Assembly (NCBI GenBank): GCA_038087875.1
Contig: CM075991.1
Span: 1,550,001-1,614,000 of the forward strand
Reading direction: 5' to 3'
DNA from: Malacoraja senta
Taxonomy: Eukaryota
DNA length: 64,000 nt
The translations under genes and the position numbers were made by a program. This document shows positions 11,845 through 25,475 of this stretch, piece by piece. The notes under the pieces are model-generated. The model saw only the letters and a program-made list of their open reading frames with translations, ran no database searches and had not been told where the DNA came from. How positions within the stretch are numbered: position 1 is the first letter of the stretch; every line of letters begins with the position of its first letter.

Positions 11845-12481
11845 ATAGCAAAAGGATTTGAGTATAAGAGCAGGGAGGTTCGACTGCAGTTGTTCAGGGT
11901 CTTGGTGAGGCCACACCTGGAGTATTGCGTACAGTTTTGGTCACCGAATCTGAGGAAAGACATTCTTGCCATAGAGGGAGTACAGAGAAGGTTCACCAGA
12001 CTGATTCCTGGGATGGCAGAACTTTCATATGAAGGAAGACTGGATTGACTCGGCTTGTACTCGCTAGAATTTAGAAGATTGAGGGGGGATCTTATAGAAA
12101 CTTACAAGATTCTTAAGGGGTCGGACAGGCTAGATGCAGGAACATTGTTCCCGATGTTGGGGAAGTCCAGAACAAGGGGTCACAGTTTAAAGATAAGGGG
12201 GAAGTCTTTTAGGACCGAGATGAGAAAATCATTTTTCACACAGAGAGTGGTGAATCTGTGGAATTCTCTGCCACAGAAGGTAGTTGAGGCCAGTTCATTG
12301 GCTATATTTAAGAGGGAGTTAGATGTGGCCCTTGTGGCTAAAGAGATCAGGGGGTATGGAGAGAAGGCAGGTACAGGATACTGAGTTGGATGATCAGCCA
12401 TGATCATATTCAATGGCGATGCAGGCTCGAAGGGCCGAATGGCCTACTTCTGCACCTATTTTCTATGTTTCTATGTTTCTA
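11845..12481 (+). mobile_element. CR1 (HER1-type) 3' fragment
   Basis: LVRPHLEYCVQFWSP...; ends in (GTTTCTAT)n. Confidence 0.9.
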
Positions 12482-12604
12482 TACACAAACACTGCAACAC
12501 TGTTTGGGGTATTTTATGTTAAAGGTAGTAGTCCTCATTTGAAATGGGAGATCTCGAACATAACTATAGACTCATTGTGACTTAAAATGACTATTCATCA
12601 AGTA

Positions 12605-12873
12605 AACATAACAGTATTCCCAGGCCCAGGAGCCGTTGGAGCGGAAGGAGCAGAGTCCGGGCGGTGAGTTTAAAAACGGAGCGCGGGGCTTTGTTTCACA
12701 GAGTCCCAGGAGCGGTTGGAGCGGGGAGGAGTACCCAATCTGTAACGTTCCACATTTCAAAATAAGTGGGCTTGAGGAAGCCGCTGATTGGTGGAAGCGG
12801 ACTAGAGGAAGCAGCTGATTGGGAGTCGGACCCCTGCTGATTTCTTCCAGCACTTTGTATTGTATCCAGGGTA
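12605..12873 (+). mobile_element. CR1 5' UTR; continues into ORF1 at 28338 once the nested block is removed
   Basis: Homologous to 29320-29652, which runs directly into CR1 ORF1 (tccagggtaa|gggaggagtatgagggccaggg). Confidence 0.8.
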
Positions 12874-13940
12874 AACATAGAAACCTAGAAAATAGGTGCA
12901 GGAGTAGGCCATTCAGCCCTTCGAGCCTGCACCGCCATTCAATATGATCATGGCTGATTATCCAACTCAGTATCCTGTACCTGCCTTCTCTCCAATCCCC
13001 CTGATCCCTTTAGCCACAAGGGCCACATCTAACTCCCTCTTAAATATAGCCAATGAACTGACCTCAACTACCTTCTGTGGCAGAGAATTCCACAGATTCA
13101 CCACTCTGTGTAAAAAAATGATTTTCACATCTCGGTCCTAAAAGACTTCTTAAACTGTCCTTAAATCCTTCTATCCTTAAACTGTGACCCCTTGTTCTGG
13201 ACTTCCCCAACATCGGGAATAATCTTCCTGCATCTCGCCTGTCCAACCCCTTAAGAATTTTGTAAGTTTCTATAAGATCCCCCCTCAATCTTTTAAATTC
13301 TAGCGAGTACAAGCCGAGTCTATCCAGTCTTTCTTCATATGAAAGTCCTGCCATCCCAGGAATCAGTCTGGTGAACATTCTCTGTACTCCCTCTATGGCA
13401 AGAATGGCTTTCCTCAGATTAGGAGACCAAAACTGTACGCAATACTCCAGGTGTGGTCTCACCAAGACCCTGTACAACTGCAGTAGAACCTCCCTACTCT
13501 TATACTCAAATCCTTTTGCTATGAATGCTAACATACCATTCGCTTTCTTCACTGCCTGCTGCACCTGCAATGACTGGTGTACCATGACACCCAGGTCTCG
13601 CTGCATCTCCCCTTTTCCTAATCGGCCACCATTCAGATAATAGGCTACTTTTCGACTTCCGGTGGCGCCATGTTACACTAACAGACGCACACCTAGTTCC
13701 GCTCCCGAAAAATTGCGATTTTTCGCGTTAAAAACGGGTCTACTGGACTTCCGGTGGCGCCATGGAGCACTAAAGGTGCTGCATTGAGCTCCTCTCCCGT
13801 AAAATCGCTAAAAAGCCATTTTTTAAAGTCAGTACCGATTTTGAAAAACTCACCGGAGCTGCTTGGCGTCGCGTAAGGGTGACGTCATCAGAAAGCGACG
13901 TGAAAATCGGGAGTTTAACGGTAGAAATCGGGGGTTTTAA

Positions 13941-15065
13941 ATGAGCAAAGAGAAAAGCTCACGATCACCTAAGAAGATCACTATAAGTCTCCATCTTGAG
14001 AAAGTTTTGGATACTCTGCAAACGACAGAAGAAGGCTCAGAAGAAGAATCTTACAGCCAAGGATCTGTGCTTGAAATGGCTGCAAAAGGAGACAAGAAGG
14101 AGAAGGAAGTAAAGCAAATGCTTTTAGAGATGACTGCTACAATCAATACTACACTGGAAAAGATGCAGAGTATGTAGTCTAATATGGAGAGTAATAAGCA
14201 GAGTATGGAGAGTATGGAGACTAATATGGAGTGAATCTCTCAAAAAATTGATGGTGCTTGTGGTGAGTTAAAGGAGCTGAAGAAGCAATATAAGGAGTTT
14301 GATAAAAAATTAAAGTCAGAATGTGCTAGAATGGAAAAAGACTATAATAAGAAATTTACTGATGTACATGATAATATGGGAAAGTTTGATGAACGAATGG
14401 AAGAGATGGAGAATGAAATGAAAGAGATGGCCACGGAAATAAAGAGTTTGAAAAAATCACAGAAATCTGAGGAGGAGAAGCTTGTGAGAATGACTGACAA
14501 GTGTCTGGCCTTGGAAGCGAGATCGAGAAGGCAGAATTTGAGAATTGTTGGAATAAGACAAGGGCGAGAGGGTCTTGGATCTCAAACACGTACTTTCGTT
14601 GCTGACTTACTCAAAGATGTTTTTGAACTGCCGGAAGACCTAAGAATAGATATCGTTCACCGAGTTGGACGTGTTTCAAGAGGGACAAGTGCTCCTCCAA
14701 GACAGATAATTGTGAAATTCCTCGATATCTCTTCAGTGGAATTTATATTGAATAAGATTACCCATGGGGAGAATCTGACATATCGTGGGAATAATATTCG
14801 ATTTTTCCGTGATTATCGCTCGGAGGTCGTCCAGAAAAGGAACTTGTTTACACAGACAAGAAACATTCTGAAAGGAGTGCCCAATGTGAGATATGGGGTG
14901 GTCTATCCAGCAAAAATGAAGATTCCTCATAACGGCACTGAACGCTCATTTATGGATCCCGAAAAAGCTTTTAAGCACGCAGAGGATATCGAAAAAAAAA
15001 ACATCGGGGGAAGCTGTCGACAAGGAAGAAGATTGAACTTTTTAACTTTCAAGACAGAGTTTTGA
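13941..15065 (+). pseudogene. L1-A ORF1 (coiled coil + RRM + CTD) with premature stops
   Basis: LEARSRRQNLRIVGI, HRVG...PRQIIVKF, IRFFRDY, YPAKMKI. Confidence 0.88.
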
Positions 15066-16184
15066 ACTGGTTAAAATGGCGGAACTTTCCAGACAGTTAC
15101 CATGCTTATCTGTCTGGAATGTGTTTTCGAGAGTACTGTCCATGTTTCACCTTGAATGAAAAGCTTAAAGATAAACAAAAGGACGTTGAAGATACAGAAT
15201 TAATGAGGGCATGTATAATGGACATGGAACGAGATAATACTAATTGGAATATAAAAACTGTTGATTTAAGAAAATCTCTAATTATATTTGAATTATAAAT
15301 AACCAATTATTTTAACAAATTTAATAATACTAATTATTTGTGAATGTATGTGGCAAATATGAATAAATCATGAATAAACCATGAGACGGGGAAGGAGATA
15401 ATGGGAGTGTATATAATTTTGATTGTATATATCTAAAATAGTTAAGGGAAATGAACTAATATTAATGATATATACTTATAAATAGTAACTAACTAAAATG
15501 TTTATAACAATACTAACTTACTATTATTGTGTGGGAAGGAGTTAGGCACAGCATAAACCTGGAAAAGATCCAGAAGTGAGGTTTTGTTTAACCCCTTGGT
15601 ACTTGCTTGTATGGTAGTTAAAGAATGGGATATTATGTAAGAATTTTGGGTGGATATATATGGTAAAGTTTAGACTAGATTAAGGTTAGATAAATTGGAA
15701 AGGCATATATACTTATAGAACTGAGCATACGTTGTGTTTTATATTTGTTTTTTTATTTTTTATTTATTTTTCTGAATTCTTTCGGTTTTCACTGGTGCTG
15801 GCTTGATAAATTTAGATAAGAAAAGACAAGATATGAAACGGTCTGTAGCTTTTTATGAGGCTCCACTAAGGGGTTGGAGCTCAATGTACAACAACATCAA
15901 TGGAAGTCCATAAATTTTTCGCCACCTTAGGTGGCTATTCGTCTTTAAGGTATCTTTTCTTAGATACCTTAACTTCACTTTAAAAAAAAAATCACTATAC
16001 AGACTTCTATTTGCTTATTTTTTTTGTAATCAATTTTATATCACATTTTTTCTTTCTTTTTCTAAGGCACTATACAGGAAGGAGATGTAATATAAATCTA
16101 AAAACTCGGGATGACCACCCAACACCCAGAATTCTGAGGTATTTGGTTGCACCATATGATTCCGGAATACTATATTGATATATA

Positions 16185-19100
16185 ATGCAAGACGATAGAC
16201 AAATAAAGAATGGAGGAATTACATTTTGTAGTTGGAATATAAGGGGTGCCAATGAACCAATTAAGAGGGGTAAAATTTTTGCTCAACTAAAATCTTTGAA
16301 AAGCGACATAATGTTTTTACAGGAAACCCACGTGAAACAACAAACACAAATGAGATTAAAGGCGAAGTGGATAGGTCAAACATACTATTCATCATTTACT
16401 TCTAAATCTAAAGGTACGGCTATTCTTATTCGAAAAGGTATACCTTTTAAATTAAAGAATACTATATCAGATAAAGAGGGAAGGTATACTATAGTTTCGG
16501 GACAAATTTATGCAACCCCACTAACTATGATAAATATTTACGCTCCGAATTTTGACAACCCCCAATTTTTAAATAAAATTATAGACATAATATCAGAGTT
16601 TAATTACCAAAATGTGATAATAGGGGGGGACTTCAACTGTGTTTTAGATCCATATTTAGACAAATCAGCAAAACTAAGGAGGAGTAATTTAAAATCTCAG
16701 ACTAGTGAACTTCTAAATACATATATAAAAAATACTAATATAACAGATGTATGGAGATCTGCTAATCCAGTTGGAAGGGAATACTCGTTTTACTCTTCGG
16801 TACATAAAACTTATTCATGAATTGATTATTTTTTAGTGGATATGAAATTAATGCCATATACAATTAATCCAACATACCACATCAGTAGTATTTCTGATCA
16901 CTCTCCGTTGACATTTTCAGTAAAATTCGAGGGAATGCCGGGTAAAAAATCTTTTTGGAGGTTCAATACACATATTTTAAACGACTCACAAGGTCATCAA
17001 TACTTAAAACAACAAATGAAACTTTTTTTGAGACAAATGATACGCCAGGTATTTCACCTTCTTTATTATGGGAAACTTTCAAGGCATTTATTAGAGGAAT
17101 TATAATTTCAAATCAAATTTTTCAAAATAAAAAGAATAAGACAGAACAACTGTTGCTAGAACAAGAAATGAGACAGTTAGAGTTAGATAATGACAAAGAT
17201 TCTACTACAGATAAACATAATAAGATAATACTACTGAAATTTAAACTTAATCGAATTTTATCGGCAAGAGTAATAAGATTATTCCAAATTACAAAACAGG
17301 AACATTTTGAGTTTGGTGACAAACCACATAAGCTTTTGCCTCGTCAATTGAAAAAACAAGAAAAGGAAAATACTATAACTAAAATTAAATCAGAGAAAGG
17401 TGAATTACTAATACTACCTAAAGATATTAATAATAGATTTGCTCAATTTTATCAACATTTATATACATCTAAAACTAAAATAGAAGATAGTAAAATTAAA
17501 ACATTTTTAGATAACTGTAATCTTCCAAAACTTGACCTTTTGGAACAAGAGGAACTTGGAGCTCAAATTACACTCGAAGAAATGTGTGAAACAATAAAAT
17601 CGTTGAAAAATGGTAAGACACCGGGACCAGATGGTTTTAGTAATGAATTTTATAAAGAAATTCATGAGATAATGACTCCTTATTTATTTAATTTATATAC
17701 TCATGCTTTTAAAGTAAATAAACTACTTGAAACATTAGCAGAATCAACTATTACGCTTATTCCAAAAAAACATAAAGATTTAGACGATCCGGGCTCATAT
17801 AGAGCTATATCACTTTTAAATACAGACCAGAAAATTTTTAGCAAAGACTTTAGCAAGAAGATTAATTTAATATATTAGTAAATTGATAAATCCTGATCAA
17901 ACGGGGTTTATACCCAAAAGATATTCATTTAATAATTTGAGACGCCTGTTTAATATAATGTACTCACATAAAATGGAGGAAGAAGATATATCAATTATTT
18001 CTCTGGACGCAGAGAAAGCATTTGATCAGGTAGAGTGGCAGTACTTATATAAAGTGCTGCAAAATTTTAATATGGGAGAGAATTTTATTACATGGGTAAA
18101 ATTATTATATGATAAACCGATGGCAAGAATATTAACTAATAATATGTTATCTCCAAAATTTCAATTATCAAGGGGCAATAGGCAGGGATGTGCGTTATCA
18201 CCCCTGCTATTTGCCCTTATGATAGAGCCTTTGGCTGAAAGTATAATAATTCATCCGAATATTCAGGGCTATAATACTAGGGACTCAAATAATAAAATGT
18301 CATTATATGCAGACGATATACTTCTATATATTACAAAGCCACAAACGAGCATACCAAATTTATTAAATTTAATAGAGGAATTCGGTTCCTTTTCTGGATA
18401 TAGAATAAACTGGAATAAAAGTGAAATCATGACGTTAAAACCTCAAGAATCTACACACTTATTGAAGTTCCCCTTTAAAATTGCAACAGAAAAATTTAAA
18501 TATTTGGGTATTCAAATTACTAGAAATTATAAAGCATTATTCAACGCTAATTTTGTACCTTTATTAAATAAACTCAATATGTTGATTACATTTGGGAAAT
18601 CTATTATCATTCCAACAATTACAATTAAAATTTAAATTGAAAAATAACCAATATTTTAAATATCTTCAGATATACGATTTCATGAAGAAATACATACAAG
18701 GATATCAAAAAATAACTTTTGATTTACTGGAAGAAGCAATGAATATTAAGGCTGACTTAACAAAAATTAATATCATATTTATATAATAGTATTTTAAATA
18801 TAGACCTACCATCGACAGAGGTACTTAGAGAAGAGTGGGAACGGGAATTAATGATAAAAATTACGAAGGTTACATGGGAAAAGTATTTGATATATATACA
18901 CATATGTTCGATTAATGCAAGACAATTTAATTCAATTAAAAATTTTACATAGATTATATTATTCAAAAACTAGATTGAATAAATGTCTATCCCAAAATGC
19001 AACTATAACACACTCTTTCGTTTCCTGCATAAAACTTTATAGATTTTGGAGTAATATTTTTGAAATATTTACAAAATTATTCAAGATAAGAATGGAACCT

Positions 19101-19380
19101 AATACTGAAATGATTATATTTGGAGAAATGGAAGATGGGAATAAATTGAACTCATCTCAAAATTTATTTTAAAATTATGGTTTAATAATAGCAAAAAAAT
19201 GAATACTTAAATTTTGGAAAAATACACCAATACCAACGCTTAAAATGTGGATCGCAAGCATGTTGGACACCGCACATCTTGAGGAAATGAGATTCCTCCT
19301 AATAGATAAATCAGACCAATTGTTAACGAGTTGGTCTCCATTTGTCGTCTTTTTGGAATCATATGGTGCAACACAATTGT
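16185..19380 (+). pseudogene. L1-A ORF2 (APE-RT), disrupted, with an internal deletion near 18595
   Basis: SWNIRG, LQETH, GGDFN, SDHSP, PGPDG, LDAEKAFD, GNRQGCALSP, LYADD. Confidence 0.9.
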
Positions 19381-19814
19381 AGAAGCTAACTGTTCCAGGA
19401 CTGGGTGAGGGATGGTCAAGATTATAAATAATGATCTCCTTACTTTTATTTTTTTATTTTTTACTCTATTTTTTCTATTTTCTTTTCTTCAACTTTCTTC
19501 TTTCACTCTTTTTTTTCTTTTTTACACACTATATATCTCACGTTTTTCTATCCTTTATTATCTAATTTATTTTTCTTATTCTTCTTTATTATAATTTTTA
19601 CAAAAAATAAGAAGCTGTACATAAAATGCATTATGTAAATATATATTAGACACTTTGGTGCCATATGATTGTACTTAATTCTAATAAAATAAACATATTA
19701 AAAAAAAAACCAAAAAACGGGTCTACTGGTCGGGACCGATTTAAAAAACTTACGTCGCGCTGATGACGTCATCAGTAAGCGCTGTGAATTTAACGGAGGT
19801 TTAAAGCCTTTTAA

Positions 19815-20690
19815 ATGAAAAAATCATCTCCAGCTCAGAGTCCTCAAAGAACAGTCACAAGACAGCTCCTGAAAAGCCAGAAGAAACCTGAAGAATCTAC
19901 CTCTGAAGGGGTCCCTGAAGTGGTTGCTGAAATGTCTACAAGATCCAAGACTGATGTGGCTAAGGACAAAGATAAAGAATTTGAGGAATTAAAGAAATCG
20001 GTAAGAGATATGAAGGATGAAATTGTGGATGGAAATAATAAAATGATGGAAAAAATGGTGGAAAAAATCGAATAGATGACAGAGAATATGAGTGCTGGTA
20101 ATCAGAAAGTTATTGAATCAATTGGCACTATAAACAAACGAATTGATGATGTGAAAGGAGAATTATCGGAGAGAATTGATAAGGTGGAAGAATCTACCAC
20201 AAACAAGTTCAAGGCTGTACTTGAAACAGTGGCTTGAAATATGTCTACAATGAGAGAAATGGAGATAAAAATGGCTCGAATGGCTGAAGATATGGACAGA
20301 ATGAGGCAAGAACAAGAACAAACTACAAGACAGATGGCGATTCATCTGGTAAAAGTTTCGGACAAATGCCTTGATCTGGAAGCTCGTTCGAGACGCCAAA
20401 ATTTAAGAATTGTTGGAGTGTCAGAGGGAGCCGAGGGAAATGACCCTCGTGAGTTCGCTGTGAACTTTCTCAAACAACTGCTTAATCTCCCCACTGAACC
20501 GAAAATTGAAGTGGCACATCGAGTACCGAGATTTATACCAAGATCACAAACAAGACCAGTCCATCCACGACAGATTATCGTGAAATTTCGGGACATTTCA
20601 GAACTTGAAGAAGTGATGAGGTTGCGTACAAATATGCCCAGAGCATCGTGGAAGAGAATGCTGCTCAAAGAAAGTAGCGGGAAGGTATGA
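19815..20690 (+). pseudogene. L1-B ORF1, disrupted, C-terminal part deleted
   Basis: LEARSRRQNLRIVGVSEG...AHRV...PRQIIVKF. Confidence 0.85.
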
Positions 20691-21705
20691 ACGGTATGGA
20701 CAAATCTTTCTCTTTATTATTCCACAGTTATCGGCTGAACAGAAGGGAAGAAACAGTTCTTTTAGTACTTTAAAAAAAAAGCTAAGATGGAGAATTCTTC
20801 CATGTGCGACTGTCTAGACTCTTTATCTATGGAATTTTAACTCAAGGACATTCTGTGTTCCAAGCGAAGCAAACAGAGAATAACAGGGGAACGACGAACC
20901 GAAGAGCAGAATGTGGAATACACCAGAAGCAATCACTGTTGTTTAAGAGATTAAAATACTGATTTAAATCGTAAAGAACTAATCCTTTTAACAATTTAAC
21001 AATTTAACAATTTAACAATATTAATATAGAAATAGTAATGGACGCTAACAAGAATTGCAGAATGGGGAAGAATTTAGATGTAATACAAAGAGGGAACATC
21101 CCATTTAAAGAGGGTGATAGATGATAATGAAATAACAAACAACAAATTTAAGAACTAACACAAAAAATTTAATAAATTTAAGTCTTATCTATAATTGGGG
21201 GGAGGGGAGGAGAAACGAGCACCTGGCTTAGATCCAGGAGCACGTTTCATGTTAACCCCTTCAACCAACAGTTGATTATTATAGAAGGTAAAATCATACG
21301 TTTAAACACTTAGTAGATAAAATTGTTATATATATATGATAGGTTATAACGAAATATATATGGTAAATGTGTGCTATATATCTGATTTTGAGGTCCCGTC
21401 CCACTATGTTATGAGTAATCAAGGGAGCGGAGCTAATTGTTTAACATCAACAATGGAAGTCGATACAAGGTTTTCTCCCATCTACAGGTGGGCCACTTGT
21501 TACAATGTCGATAAGTTTAGACACTGTATTTTCACTTTTTCAATCTTGTTTTTATCACATCAAGTCACATGTTTGTGTTTTTTGTTTAGGGATAATCCCA
21601 AAAGGGATCTACCAATTGAACTTAGTAATGCAAAGGTTCCCCCAATATCTAAAGACGTGAGGTATGGATGCACCGTAAGATTTAAGGGTATTATAACCAT
21701 TCAAA

Positions 21706-24700
21706 ATGCAAGACGTTAAACTAAAGAAACGAGGAGGAGTCACATTCTGCAGTTGGAACATAAGAGGTGTTAATAAACCTATTAAAAGGGGTAAGATATT
21801 AGCTCAGCTGAAATTGTACAATACTGACATCATCTTTCTACAAGAAACCCATCTCAAATCCCAGGATCAGGCTAGATTGAGGGCGAATTGGATTGGCCAA
21901 ATATATCATTCTTCATATACTTCGAAATCTAGAGGTATGTCAATCATTATTCGAAAAGGCATACCATTTAAAGCAAACAATACCATAACAGATAAGGAAG
22001 GGAGATATTTGATAGTTACCGGGGAGATCCACGCAACCCCAATTACCTTGGTAAATATATACGCGCCTAAGTTTGATAATCCTCATTTTTTCAATAAAAT
22101 CCTAAATATAATCGCAGAATCAAATTACCAAAATGTTATAATAGGAGGAGACTTTAACTGTGTTTTAGATCCGTATTTAGATAAATCTAGGCAAAAACAG
22201 AGAGGTAATACGAAATCTAAAACTAGTGAACTCTTAAATACTTACATAAATAATACCAATATAACAGATGTTTGGAGGATCGCTAATCCGACTGGCAGGC
22301 AATACTCATTTTATTCAATGGTACACAAAACATACTCACATATAGATTATTTCCTGGTGGATACAAAATTAATCCCCTATACTTTGAACCCCAAATACCA
22401 TACCAACTCGATCTCAGATCACTCCCCGCTAACTTTCTTTTTAAAACTGGAAGGAATGTCTAAGAACAAATCGTTTTGGAGGCTTAATCCTCAAATTTTA
22501 AAAAGACCCGCAAGGGAGTACAGTATTTATCTAAAAAAACAAATGGACCTCTTTTTTGAAATAAATGACACTCCAGATATATCGCCCACTTTATTATGGG
22601 AATCTTTCAAAGCATTTATTAGAGGCGTTATAATTTCATACCAAGCTTTTCAAAATAAAAAGAACAAGAACAAACAAAGACAGTTAGAAGAACAAATTAG
22701 GCAACTGGATATAGATAATGCTAAAGACCCAACTATGGATAAACACAATAAAATAATAATTCTGAAATTTAAATTAAATAAATTATTATCAGCCAAACTT
22801 ATAAGACTATTCCAAATTACAAGACAGGAACACTTTGAATTTGAGGATAAACCACACAAACTCTTGGCTCGTCAGCTAAAAAAACGAGAAAAAGAACACA
22901 CGGTTCAAAAGATTAAATCAGATAGAGGGGAATCATTAACTTTACCGAATGATATTAATAAAAGATTTGCGCAATTTTATGAGAATTTGTACACATCCAA
23001 AACGACAACGGACACCAATAAAGTCACAGAGTTCTTGGATAACTGTAATCTTCCAAAATTAGAGTTGAAGGAACAAGAGGAACTGGGTGCACAAATCTCA
23101 ATTAAGGAAATAGAAGATACAATAACTTCATTAAAGAATGGAAAAACTCCAGGTCCTGACGGATTTAGTAATGAATTTTATAAAAGTTTCTATGACAAAA
23201 TTATACCACGTTTACAGAAAATGTATAAATATGCCTTTAAAGAACAAACATTACCTGATACACTAGCTGAATCAACGATCACATTAATACTTAAAAAAGA
23301 CAAAGATATAGAAGAACCCGGATCATATAGAGCTATCGCATTGTTAAATACAGATCAAAAAATATTAGCAAAAACATTAGATGGAAGATTAAGTAAGTAT
23401 GTTAGTAAATTAATAAATCCGGATCAAACGGGGTTTATCCCTAAGAGACATTCATCGAATAATCTGAGACGTCTGCTCAATATAATGCACTCACACAAAA
23501 CCGAACAACAAGAATTATCAATTATTTCGTTGGACGCAGAAAAAGCATTTGATCAAGTAGAATGGAATTGTTAAAGTATTACAAAAATTTCAATTGGGAG
23601 AGAATTTCATCCTATGGATTAAATTATTATATAATAAGCCTACAGCTAGAATATTAACTAATAACATATTATCTACGAAATTCCAATTACCAAGGGGTAA
23701 TAGACAAGGATGCTCATTATCACCGCTGTTATTTGCTCTTATAATTGAACCTTTAGCGGAAAGAATTAGAACACATCCGAATATCCATGGCTACAACACT
23801 AAATATTCAAATAATAAAATATCTTTATACGCGGATGATATACTATTGTACATCACAAAACCTCAAATTACTATACCAAACATATTAAATGTTGAGGATT
23901 TTGGATCCTTTTCTGGATACAGAATAAATTGGAATAAAAGTGAAATTATGTCAATAAAACCGAAAGACTCACACACCTCTTAAAATTCCCTTTTAAAATA
24001 GCGACAGAAAAATTTAAATACTTGGGTATTGAAATGACCAGAAAATATTAAGCCATGTTCAACGCAAATTATAATCCTCTACTTAAGAAATGAAATACCT
24101 TAATTAAATTCTGGAAAACGCTTCCGATGTCTTTATTAGGCCGAATAAGTGCTATAAAAATGATTTTTTTACCACGAATTCTATACCTATTCCAATCAAT
24201 TCCTATATACCTACAATTTTTTTTTTTTTAATTGGATTCAGACATTACACATTTTATATGGGATTATAAATCCCATAGAATACAAAGAACACATTTGAAC
24301 AAACCCAAAGTATTAGGTGGCTTAGCACTCCCTAACTTTATGTACTATTATTGGTCAGTAAATATTAAAAATATGATTCGACTGATGGACAACTCTGCCC
24401 AGCAGGTGGATTGGATTATAATGGAGAGAGAGGCCTGCTCCTCTTGTAATATTGGAGCGATCCTCCTCTCACCAATGAAGTTGAATAACATAAATTATAA
24501 CAAAAATCCAATTATACATAGTACAATTAGAACTTGGAAACAAATAAAACATAATTGAAAATTAAGAAATCTATCGCTTTTATCTCCAATAGTTAATAAC
24601 CCTTCGTTTAAACCCTCCATTATAGACAAATCATTTATACAATGGGAAAGATTAGGAATTAAAACACTCGGAGACTTGTATGAAACTGGAAAATTACTAT

Positions 24701-25475
24701 CATTCCAACAATTACAACTAAAATATAATCTGGGAAACAATCAATACTTTAAATATTTCCAAATATGTGATTATCTGAAAAGATATACAAAAGATTATTA
24801 TAATATGCCATTAGATTTACTGGACGAAGCAATGCAGATAAAAGCCGAATCAGCAAATTTAATATCTTATTTGTATAATATTATTTTAAATGTAGAAATA
24901 CCAGCTATGGAAGACATTAGAAGAGACTGGGAACAAGAATTAGCTATTAAAATTTCAAAGGAGAGGTGGAATGAACATTTATTAAATGTGCACAAATGCT
25001 CGATTAATGTAAGACACACTTTAATTCAATTCAAAATTTTACACAGATTATATTACTCAAAAACCAAAATTAGTAACATTTTTCCCAACGTATCACCTAT
25101 CTGTGATAAATGTCAGTCTCAAGAAGCTACTATAGTGCATTCATTTGTTTTTTGTACAAAAATTAAGAAATTTTTGAAATCATTACAAAATTATTTAAAA
25201 TAAAACTGATACCAAAAGCAGAATGGATTATCTTTGGAACAACGGAAGGTAGCCCTGAACTAAATGTGTTTCAAAATAACCTATTTAATTACGGGTTAAT
25301 AACTGGAAAAAAGCTTATCCTAAAATTCTGGAAAAATGCTCCAATACCAACTATAAACATGTGGATTTCAAATATGTTTGAAACATTACACCTGGAAGAG
25401 ATAAGACTCCTGGCAGGCAAATCAGATCACTTCTATAGGACGTGGTCTTCATTTATAGAACTACTACAAGCATAA
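21706..25475 (+). pseudogene. L1-B ORF2 (APE-RT-CCHC), disrupted
   Basis: 622-aa open N-terminal part; LYADD; GGLALP; CDKC...H.F..C. Confidence 0.9.

Larger units (their letters stand above)
13746..19712 (+). mobile_element. Full-length L1-clade LINE 'A' (inner)
   Basis: TSD AAAAACGGGTCTACTGG at 13730-13746 and 19713-19729 at a TT|AAAA site; same 5' 19-mer as B; AATAAA 19683 + polyA. Confidence 0.93.
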
